Source: Eubacteriales bacterium
Lineage (GTDB): Bacteria > Bacillota > Clostridia > Oscillospirales > CAG-272
DNA: 64,000 nt
NCBI GenBank assembly: GCA_045602385.1
Contig: JAZSBL010000042.1
Location: 1,722 to 65,721 of the forward strand
Direction of reading: 5' to 3'
Below, one piece after another: positions 1 to 7,369 of this stretch. The notes beneath the pieces are model-generated. The model was not told the DNA's origin, did no database searches, and saw nothing but the letters and a program-made list of their open reading frames with translations. Both the position numbers and the translations under genes were made by a program. Position 1 is the stretch's first letter, and each line of letters begins with the position of its first letter.

Positions 1-116
1 TATGTCATCTCACCTGAAAGGAGAAATGTCAGCTCACTGAATTTGATTTCATGGCGCTCAATTCCTTTATGGGAGGCAAATTTATTGTGTGCAAAATAGG
101 TAACTTCGTTAATCAT
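1..116 (-). CDS. 5' part of a probable AraC-family regulator (cupin N-terminus), truncated by the window edge
   Basis: Manual translation MINEVTYFAHNKFASHKGIERHEIKFSELTFLLSGEMT..., GGGGTG RBS; ELxFxxSG cupin pattern; divergent from the sugar operon. Confidence 0.5.
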   Translation of the reverse strand, partial: MINEVTYFAHNKFASHKGIERHEIKFSELTFLLSGEMT

Positions 117-190
117 ACTATCACCCCATCTTTACAGGTGGATTTTAATAAGTTTGTGCTAAAAATATTCCAAAATTCACGAATTGTCCA

Positions 191-218
191 TTGAAAAGAC
201 ATTAAAATATGCTATAAT
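191..218 (+). promoter_or_regulatory. sigmaA-type promoter of the sugar oxidoreductase operon
   Basis: TTGAAA-16 bp-TATAAT with extended -10 TG. Confidence 0.55.
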
Positions 219-354
219 AATTATAGCATATTAGTAATTAATTGTCAATATTGTTTTATTTAAACTTAAAGTATTTTACAAATCAGTATCTTCGGCCCTT
301 AAAAACGGACGGGAAACGTAATAAATCACTCAACACTAAGGACGGAAAACAACA

Positions 355-1179
355 ATGAAAAAGGTTTGCGTTGTAACAGGTGCAGGCGGCGTTCTCTGCG
401 CCGAATTTGCCAGAGAAATGTCAAAGAACGGATATGCCGTAGCTCTGCTTGATCTCAATGAATCTGCCGCTAAATCTGTGGCTGACGAGATCTGCGCGTG
501 CGGAGGACTGGCAAAGGCATACAAGGCTAACGTACTTGACAGAGAATGTCTTGATGACGTACACAGGCAGGTTCTTGCAGAGCTTGGCAAGTGCACGGTA
601 TTGATAAACGGCGCGGGAGGAAACAGCCCCAAAGCAACTACCGCTCACGAATATTTTGAAAAGGGTGACGAGGAGCGTGACGACATTCTCACATTCTTCA
701 ACCTTGACGAAGGCGGCTTTGATTTTGTGTTTGATCTCAACATGAAGGGAGTTCTTCTTCCTACACAGGTCTTTTCAAGAGATATGATCGGCGCCGAGGG
801 CTGCTCGATAATCAATATCTCCTCGATGAATGCATATACCCCTCTTACAAAGATCCCCGCGTACAGCTCCGCTAAGGCGGCTGTATCCAACTTCACGCAG
901 TGGCTTGCGGTCCACTTTGCAAAAGAGGGAATCAGAGTAAACGGAATTGCCCCCGGATTCTTCGCTACAAACCAAAACAGAGCGCTCCTCTTTAATCCCG
1001 ACGGAACGCCCACCGCAAGAACGGGTAAGATCCTTGCGGCCACTCCCATGGGTCGATTCGGCGAGGCAAGCGAGCTTCTCGGAGCTCTTAAATTCCTGGC
1101 AGACCCCACGGCATCCGGATTTGTCACAGGCACTGTAATTCCCGTTGACGGCGGATTCTCCGCATATTCCGGAGTTTAA
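355..1179 (+). CDS. SDR-family oxidoreductase (D-mannonate/fructuronate reductase-like)
   Basis: TGAGGVL NAD-binding glycine motif, NGAGGN, YSSAK catalytic motif, PVDGGFSAY C-terminus. Confidence 0.85.
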   Translation: MKKVCVVTGAGGVLCAEFAREMSKNGYAVALLDLNESAAKSVADEICACGGLAKAYKANVLDRECLDDVHRQVLAELGKCTVLINGAGGNSPKATTAHEYFEKGDEERDDILTFFNLDEGGFDFVFDLNMKGVLLPTQVFSRDMIGAEGCSIINISSMNAYTPLTKIPAYSSAKAAVSNFTQWLAVHFAKEGIRVNGIAPGFFATNQNRALLFNPDGTPTARTGKILAATPMGRFGEASELLGALKFLADPTASGFVTGTVIPVDGGFSAYSGV

Positions 1180-1199
1180 TACACGAGAGGAGAACAAAC

Positions 1200-2051
1200 A
1201 TGAACAACGAAAAAATCATTCTTTGCGGCTTTGCCGATGAGGCAGATCCCGGTATTGACGGTCAGATCGAGGCGCTTCGCGAAAACGGTATTTCCTTGCT
1301 TGAGATCAGAGGAGTTGACGGCAGAAATATAAGCGAGGTAACTCCCGACGAGGCAAAAGAGCTCCGAGCAAAATTCGACGCAAACGGAATTTCCGTTTGG
1401 TCCTTGGGCTCTCCTATAGGAAAGATCAACATAAACGACGACTTCGATAAGGAGATCGAAAAGCTCAGGGCACTCCTTGAGGTTGGTAAGATCCTCGGCG
1501 CAAGATGCATCAGACTCTTCAGCTTCTACGGAACAGAGGGCAAGGCTGAGCATCTCCCCGTAATTTGTGAGAGACTTAAGAAGTACGTTGAGATATCCGC
1601 AGAATACGGCATCATTCCTTGTCACGAAAACGAAAAGGGTGTTTACGGTGAGAACGCGGCACGCTGCCTTGAAATCCACAAGGCCGTTCCCGGACTTAAG
1701 GCGGTATTTGATCCCGCCAACTTCGTTCAGGCAGATCAGGACGTTCTTGAGGCATGGGACATGCTTGAGGAATACGTATACTACGGACATATCAAGGACG
1801 CAAACGAGGAAAAGAACATCGTTCCTCCCGGACAGGGATGCGGCAAGATTGCAGAGTATCTTCCCAAGTTTGTAGAAAAGGGATGCACTGTTCTTACCCT
1901 TGAACCTCACCTCATGGAATTCGTAGGTCTTGCGGGTCTTGAGGAAGAGGGCGCAAAGAGCGACGTAGGCTCTGTAATTAGTTTTGAAAGCGGCAGAGAC
2001 GCATTCAAGTGCGCAGCCGATGCTTTAAAAGAAATTATTGCTACCATTTAA
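1200..2051 (+). CDS. Sugar phosphate isomerase/epimerase (xylose-isomerase-like TIM barrel)
   Basis: FADE, SLGSPIGK, HENE, FDPANF and HIKD metal-binding motifs. Confidence 0.85.
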   Translation: MNNEKIILCGFADEADPGIDGQIEALRENGISLLEIRGVDGRNISEVTPDEAKELRAKFDANGISVWSLGSPIGKININDDFDKEIEKLRALLEVGKILGARCIRLFSFYGTEGKAEHLPVICERLKKYVEISAEYGIIPCHENEKGVYGENAARCLEIHKAVPGLKAVFDPANFVQADQDVLEAWDMLEEYVYYGHIKDANEEKNIVPPGQGCGKIAEYLPKFVEKGCTVLTLEPHLMEFVGLAGLEEEGAKSDVGSVISFESGRDAFKCAADALKEIIATI

Positions 2052-2063
2052 GGAGGTATTGCT

Positions 2064-2843
2064 ATGATCTTAGGTGTTCAGTTTTACACATTGCGTGAAC
2101 AGTGTAAGGACCTCAAGGGCTTTGAGGAGTCTATGAAGAAGGTCGCTGATATCGGATACACATCCATTCAGCTTTCCGGCGTTTGCGCTCACGAGCCCGA
2201 ATGGGCTTACGAGAAGGCACGTGAAAACGGCTTGTCCATTGACCTTACACACTACGATCTCAAGAAGATGTGCCACGAAACAGCTGCTACAATCGCTCAT
2301 CATGATGCCTTGCACTGCAGTCATATAGGACTTGGCTCCAGCCCATATCCGAAGACAGAGGAGGGTCTTGAGCATCTTTGTCAGAACCTCGCTCCCGTGG
2401 TTAAGGAGTTCGCCGCACACGGCAAGAAGTTCGCATATCACAACCACCACTGGGAGTTCTTCAGACACGGCGACAAGACATTCCTTGACGGCCTTTGCGA
2501 GCGTTTCACTCCCGACGAGCTTGCCATTATTCTTGACGTGTTCTGGGTACAGGCTGCAGGCGGTGACCCCGTAGCATGGATCAAGAAGCTTAAGGGCAGA
2601 CTTGACAGAGTTCACTTTAAGGACATGAAGATATTCCTTCATGAGGATATCTACAACATGGACTGCCGTAGAGTTGCATCTATCGGTGAAGGTATCATGA
2701 ACTACGATGCAATCATTGAGGCTTGCCTTGAAGCCAATGCGGGAATCGGTTACGTAGAGCTTGACGACTGCTACGGTGAGGATCCCTTTGAGTGCTTGAA
2801 GAGAAGCTACAAATACATGTCCGAGAGGTACGGACTTAAATAA
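2064..2843 (+). CDS. Sugar phosphate isomerase/epimerase (TIM barrel)
   Basis: GVQFYTLR, YHNHHWEF, LDVFW, HFKD, VELD. Confidence 0.85.
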   Translation: MILGVQFYTLREQCKDLKGFEESMKKVADIGYTSIQLSGVCAHEPEWAYEKARENGLSIDLTHYDLKKMCHETAATIAHHDALHCSHIGLGSSPYPKTEEGLEHLCQNLAPVVKEFAAHGKKFAYHNHHWEFFRHGDKTFLDGLCERFTPDELAIILDVFWVQAAGGDPVAWIKKLKGRLDRVHFKDMKIFLHEDIYNMDCRRVASIGEGIMNYDAIIEACLEANAGIGYVELDDCYGEDPFECLKRSYKYMSERYGLK

Positions 2844-2870
2844 ATTTGCTTTCAGAACCGAGATAACATT

Positions 2871-4070
2871 ATGAAAAAGATCAGGCTTGGTATAATAGGA
2901 CTTGGAAATATCGGCGCGCAGCATTACCGAAACGTTTTGGACGGAAAATGCCCCGAAATAGACGTAACGGCTGTTTGCGATATTAACCCCGACAGACTCG
3001 GGTGGGTACGCGATACATATGCAGAGTATCATAATGATGATGCGCATATTCCATTTCCCGAAATGTTTTCCAATGCTTCACAAATGATTGCAAGCGGAGC
3101 ATGTGAGGCAGTCATCATTGCAGTTCCGCACTACGATCACCCTCGCTATGCCATCGAGGCATTCAGACATGGGCTTCACGTTATGTGCGAAAAGCCCGCA
3201 GGTGTCTACACCTTGCAGGTAAGGGAAATGATTGCCGAGGCAGACAAGCATCCCGAGCTTAAATTCGGCATGATGTTCAACCAGCGCACCAATTGCGTGT
3301 ATCGCAAGATGAAGGAGATCCTTGACAGCGGCGAGCTTGGAGAAATAAGACGCACCAACTGGATTATAACCAACTGGTACAGGCCCCAGGCTTACTACAA
3401 TTCAAGTGAATGGCGTGCGACCTGGTCAGGAGAGGGCGGAGGAGTGCTGCTCAATCAATGCCCCCACAATCTTGACCTTTGGCAGTGGCTTTGCGGCATG
3501 CCGTCACGCGTATACGCTAAGATCGGCTTCGGTAAATGGCACGACATTGAGGTTGATGATGAAGCATCCGTTATTGTAGAATATCCTAACGGCGCTACCG
3601 GTAGCTTTATAACCTCAACGGCAGATTTTCCGGGCACTAACCGCCTTGAGATAGTCTGCGACCAAGGATCGCTTATTTGCGAGGACAACGTAGTAACAAT
3701 GCATAAGCTTGATGCTTCGGAATCTGCGTTTACAAAAATAAACAAAAGCCCTTATGAAGCTCCCGGTCTTACAACTGTAACGGTTGAGACCGACAATAAA
3801 AATGAGCAGCATCCCGCAGTTCTTAACGCCTTTGCGGCGGCTATCCTACGCGACGAGCCGCTTATAGCCGACGGACGAGAGGGAATTAACGCTCTGCTCA
3901 TCTCCAATGCGATGCATTTGTCCGCATGGACAGGAAGGGAAGTCGAGCTTCCTTTTGACGAGTCATTGTTTAAATCGCTGCTTGACGAGCGAATCAAAAC
4001 GTCAAAGAAAAAAGAAAACACGACCTATATCTTTTCTGAGTTCAACAAGACTCATAAAAGAATTTTATAA
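2871..4070 (+). CDS. Gfo/Idh/MocA oxidoreductase
   Basis: GIIGLGNIG, PHYDH, CEKP, GGGVLLNQCPH. Confidence 0.9.
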   Translation: MKKIRLGIIGLGNIGAQHYRNVLDGKCPEIDVTAVCDINPDRLGWVRDTYAEYHNDDAHIPFPEMFSNASQMIASGACEAVIIAVPHYDHPRYAIEAFRHGLHVMCEKPAGVYTLQVREMIAEADKHPELKFGMMFNQRTNCVYRKMKEILDSGELGEIRRTNWIITNWYRPQAYYNSSEWRATWSGEGGGVLLNQCPHNLDLWQWLCGMPSRVYAKIGFGKWHDIEVDDEASVIVEYPNGATGSFITSTADFPGTNRLEIVCDQGSLICEDNVVTMHKLDASESAFTKINKSPYEAPGLTTVTVETDNKNEQHPAVLNAFAAAILRDEPLIADGREGINALLISNAMHLSAWTGREVELPFDESLFKSLLDERIKTSKKKENTTYIFSEFNKTHKRIL

Positions 4071-4093
4071 TTAATTTTGAGGAGAATCCCACT

Positions 4094-5296
4094 ATGAGAA
4101 AAGTAAAAATGGGCATTATCGGTGTCGGTAACATGGGTGCCAGCCACCTTAACGAGATCATGGCTAACAAGAACCCTGATATCGAGGTAACTGCAATTGC
4201 CGATATAAGCGCAGAAAGACGCGAATGGGCTAAGCAGGCTATTGCTACTGCAAAGGAAAAGTATCCTGAAAGTAACATTGGCGAGATCGCAATTTTCGAG
4301 GACGGTTCCGACCTTATAAAGAGTGGAACATGTGAGGCGATCATTATCGCGGTTCCTCACTACGATCACCCCAGATTTGCCATTGAAGGCTTCCAGAACG
4401 GTCTTCACGTAATGTGCGAAAAGCCTGCGGGCGTTTACACGCTCGACGTAAGAGCAATGAATGAGGAGGCTGCAAAGCATCCTGAGCTTAAGTTCGGTAT
4501 GATGTTCAATCAGAGAACAAATTGCCTCTACAAGAAGATGAAGGAAATTATTTCCAGCGGAGAGCTTGGTGAGATCAGAAGAACAAACTGGATCATTACC
4601 AACTGGTACCGTCCCCAGTCTTACTACGACTCCGGTGCATGGAGAGCAACATGGTCCGGTGAAGGTGGCGGAGTTCTTATGAATCAGGCGCCTCATAACC
4701 TTGACCTCTGGCAGTGGATCTGCGGTATGCCTTCCAAGGTAGACGTTAAGATGCACTTCGGCAAGTGGCACGACATCGAGGTTGAGGACGACGTAACCGC
4801 ATACGTTGAATATCCCAACGGCGCAACCGGTACATTCATCACCACAACAGGTGATGCACCCGGTACAAACCGCTTTGAGATCGTTTGCGACGGCGGTATG
4901 CTTATCTGCGACGGTGTAACTCTTACAATGAAGAAGCTCGACGTGTTTGAGCCTGTATTCACAAAGACATTCAAGGGCGGTATGGGCGGCCCCAACGTAA
5001 CAACATCCAAGGTTGAGGTTGACGGCTCCAATCCTCAGCACCAGGGCGTTCGCGCGGCGTTTGCAGGCGCGATCCTTCGCGGCGAGCCTCTCGTTGCAGA
5101 GGGCTACGAGGGAATAAACGGACTTATGCTTTCCAACGCAATGCATCTTTCCGCTTGGACAAATGCTCCCGTAGAGCTTCCTTTTGACGAAGTTAAGTAC
5201 AAAGAGCTTCTTATGGAGAAGGTTAAGACATCCAGAAGAAAGACAAACGTTTCTGCAGTATTTGTAGAAAACATGGTTGGTACATTTAACGCGTAA
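4094..5296 (+). CDS. Gfo/Idh/MocA oxidoreductase (close paralog of the upstream gene)
   Basis: GIIGVGNMG, CEKP, GGGVLMNQAPH; long peptide stretches identical to 2871-4070. Confidence 0.9.
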   Translation: MRKVKMGIIGVGNMGASHLNEIMANKNPDIEVTAIADISAERREWAKQAIATAKEKYPESNIGEIAIFEDGSDLIKSGTCEAIIIAVPHYDHPRFAIEGFQNGLHVMCEKPAGVYTLDVRAMNEEAAKHPELKFGMMFNQRTNCLYKKMKEIISSGELGEIRRTNWIITNWYRPQSYYDSGAWRATWSGEGGGVLMNQAPHNLDLWQWICGMPSKVDVKMHFGKWHDIEVEDDVTAYVEYPNGATGTFITTTGDAPGTNRFEIVCDGGMLICDGVTLTMKKLDVFEPVFTKTFKGGMGGPNVTTSKVEVDGSNPQHQGVRAAFAGAILRGEPLVAEGYEGINGLMLSNAMHLSAWTNAPVELPFDEVKYKELLMEKVKTSRRKTNVSAVFVENMVGTFNA

Positions 5297-5305
5297 AATC
5301 ACAAA

Positions 5306-5350
5306 ACATAAGGCAAACCTACTAAAAGTAGGTTTGCCGTTATGTATTTT
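5306..5350 (+). terminator. Intrinsic terminator of the sugar operon
   Basis: GGCAAACCTACT/AGTAGGTTTGCC stem followed by a T-rich tail. Confidence 0.75.
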
Positions 5351-5398
5351 ATGAAATGATTGAAATTCAGTCTTTTTCGCTGTTTTTTGCATATTTTT

Positions 5399-5419
5399 AC
5401 CGATATAATTATACAAAAT
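5399..5419 (+). repeat. Left terminal inverted repeat (21 bp)
   Basis: ACCGATATAATTATACAAAAT, exact reverse complement of 7595-7615. Confidence 0.9.
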
Positions 5420-5445
5420 TTCAGTTTAATCTGAATTGCACAATT

Positions 5446-5570
5446 TGCACAGTCTGACATTGGCGCGGAGGACTGTCAGACTGTGCAGAAAGCGCTCCGC
5501 GCAAGGTTGAGAGAGGGCAAAGCGCACCGCAGCTGCAAGCAGCTGCTACTATGCCCGACAAGTCGGGCAT
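5446..5570. other. Hairpin cluster (candidate replication origin or structured ssDNA/RNA)
   Basis: 14-bp stem 5446-5459/5474-5487; GCAGCTGC-AA-GCAGCTGC 5529-5546; ATGCCCGAC-AA-GTCGGGCAT 5551-5570. Confidence 0.6.
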
Positions 5571-5613
5571 TTATCCGTGAAGCCTCATAAAGCAATATAG
5601 CCAACCGAGCAGT

Positions 5614-5658
5614 AAAAAAATATGGGTTTCGCACTTCCGGATGTGGCGAAACCCATAT
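5614..5658 (-). terminator. Intrinsic terminator of the element's rep operon
   Basis: 13-bp stem ATATGGGTTTCGC/GCGAAACCCATAT followed by a T run on the minus strand, just after the stop at 5665. Confidence 0.75.
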
Positions 5659-5664
5659 AAACGG

Positions 5665-5919
5665 TCAACTGCTAATCATCAGTTCGGTTATAGACCTACT
5701 TTCAAGAAAAGCATCAACGCAACATTTAAAACCGAGCCTAAAGGCTTGCTTTTGATATTCCTTGATACAATCAATCAAGGCAGGACAAAAAACATCTCTT
5801 TCCGACTGTTCACAAGGGGCAAGAGCATCAACAAACTCCATATAGCAATCAAGCGTTTTTTCACTCTCAAACGCGCCATCTTCAAACAGTTTTTCAAACA
5901 CAATATCAGCTATAAGCAT
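5665..5919 (-). CDS. Small helical protein of mobile elements (DUF6809-like)
   Basis: GAGGTG RBS then ATG at 5919; C-terminal EYQKQAFRLGFKC motif; third gene of the rep operon. Confidence 0.6.
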   Translation of the reverse strand: MLIADIVFEKLFEDGAFESEKTLDCYMEFVDALAPCEQSERDVFCPALIDCIKEYQKQAFRLGFKCCVDAFLESRSITELMISS

Positions 5920-5932
5920 AAGCACCTCAAAA

Positions 5933-6082
5933 TCAAATAGTTTTTTCTACAAAGACATTACAACGCGGGCAAATAACCCTAACAGTTACGCCATGCGGAA
6001 GAAAAGCGGAATGCCGAAAAAGTAACTTGTTGCAGTTCCAACAACGCAAAGAAACAAATTTATCGACAGAAAAATCACGCAT
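5933..6082 (-). CDS. Mu Com-like zinc-ribbon microprotein (49 aa, not in the ORF track)
   Basis: MRDFSVDKFVSLRCWNCNKLLFRHSAFLPHGVTVRVICPRCNVFVEKTI*; RCxxCNKLL...ICPRC; GGGGGTG RBS; overlaps the rep stop codon. Confidence 0.7.
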   Translation of the reverse strand: MRDFSVDKFVSLRCWNCNKLLFRHSAFLPHGVTVRVICPRCNVFVEKTI

Positions 6083-6968
6083 CTTTAACACCCCCTTTTA
6101 AATATATATCAAAACTCGCGCCGTAGTCCTCAATGCAAGAATTTTGAACGTAAGCAAGAACAGTATTGAAAATCAAAATATCTTGCTTAGTAAAATTCGA
6201 AGAACTGAGAATAATGTCAAGCAAAGAGCGGTCAAAGGACAAGGGGGTGGAAACCCCTGTTTCAAGTCTTTGCTTGGCAATAGCATCGTCAACGTGCCGT
6301 AAGGAAAACAAGCCATCGCGACCAAAATTCAAAAAAAACTCGCGTGGTGTCATTCCGTTAGCGCGCGCATCAAACATAGCCAACGCGCGATTGTTTGAAC
6401 TATCGTTCAGACCATCGGTACGCTCATAGTCAAACCACCAAGATTTATCGTCTGCTATGCGCTCATCTTCCGAATATTGGAATTTGTCAAGATCGTCAAG
6501 GTGACGGAGATACCGCCACGAACCGCAAGTGTCACGCATAATTTCAACGTGCGTTGCTTGGGGCAAGCAATCCCCGAAACGAGTGGCTTTATCAAGGTTA
6601 TCAAAATTCCTCTTAATAGCGCTAGAAGTCTTGGCAGAATATGTATATATAAGAACGTGTGTATGGGGTTCTTTAAGCGTTCCATCGTCCTTTAAGTCCT
6701 TATCATGAAGGCAATATGCCCAATGGTGTACCCAAGGGCAAGAACGCAAAAAACGATTGATTACATCAGAACAAATGTAAGAACGAATATGAAATCGTCA
6801 AGAACGCTCATCTTTGGGGTTTTTTGAGGTTGAAACGAGTTTACCATCTTCATAAATGTAATGTGTCTTTTTGAACTTGCGAGAGGGTTTAACCTCTGCA
6901 TTAGGTGAAATATCACCACTTTCCATTAGTAGAGATTTAGCGTTGCCGATAACATCTGATAGTTCCAT
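6075..6968 (-). pseudogene. rep: Rolling-circle replication initiator (Rep_2/pMV158-type HUH endonuclease) with an in-frame TGA at 6798-6800
   Basis: AAGGCGG RBS and ATG at 6968; one frame reading ...KDERS*RFHIRSY (motif I)...LHDKD...KEPHTHV (HUH motif II)...RYLRHLDDLDKFQY (motif III); the ORF track shows only the downstream 224 aa. Confidence 0.75.
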
Positions 6969-6989
6969 AATAGACCGCCTTATAAAAGA

Positions 6990-7039
6990 TATAGTTAGTT
7001 ATCTAACTATATACCATTATAGTTAGTTATCTAACTATA
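6990..7039. promoter_or_regulatory. Two identical 22-bp palindromic operators between rep and the HTH gene
   Basis: TATAGTTAG-TTAT-CTAACTATA at 6990-7011 and 7018-7039. Confidence 0.75.
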
Positions 7040-7087
7040 AGAGGGCTATATATAAGACTATTTTACAAACACAAGAAAGGAAAGAAA

Positions 7088-7306
7088 ATGTTAAAATGGA
7101 AAATTGAGCCTTTACAAGCATTGAAAGAAAAAGGCTACACAACATACACATTAAGCAAAAACCATATATTGAACGCAGGCACAATACAAAGTTTGAGAGA
7201 AAAACAGCGCATAGGGTGGGAAACGATAGACAAACTCTGCGCACTCTTGGAATGCCAAGTCGGTGACATGTTGGAGTACATACCAGACGAGCAGAATAAC
7301 AATTGA
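7088..7306 (+). CDS. Xre/Cro-C1 family HTH regulator (HTH_26-like)
   Basis: 72 aa; ETIDKLCALLECQVGDMLEY signature; AAAGGAAAG RBS. Confidence 0.85.
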   Translation: MLKWKIEPLQALKEKGYTTYTLSKNHILNAGTIQSLREKQRIGWETIDKLCALLECQVGDMLEYIPDEQNNN

Positions 7307-7369
7307 TATACATTCAAATGGATGTATATATACACTGAAATCAGTGTATAAGAGGGAAAAATAGAGAAG

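Noticed and set aside
2070-5416. Long antisense ORFs (325 aa at 2070-3047, 454 aa at 4052-5416)
   Set aside because: Shadow frames of codon-biased sense genes, with no recognisable motifs
5392-5419. Complete chromosomal dif site at the left end
   Set aside because: Only the XerD-like half is similar; no XerC-like arm at 6-bp spacing. Kept only as a weak hint.
5641-5940. 99-aa plus-strand ORF inside the element
   Set aside because: Antisense to the RBS-supported 5665-5919 gene and starts inside the terminator hairpin
5665-7306. Filamentous prophage (inovirus)
   Set aside because: No Zot/pI ATPase and no small hydrophobic coat protein genes; too short
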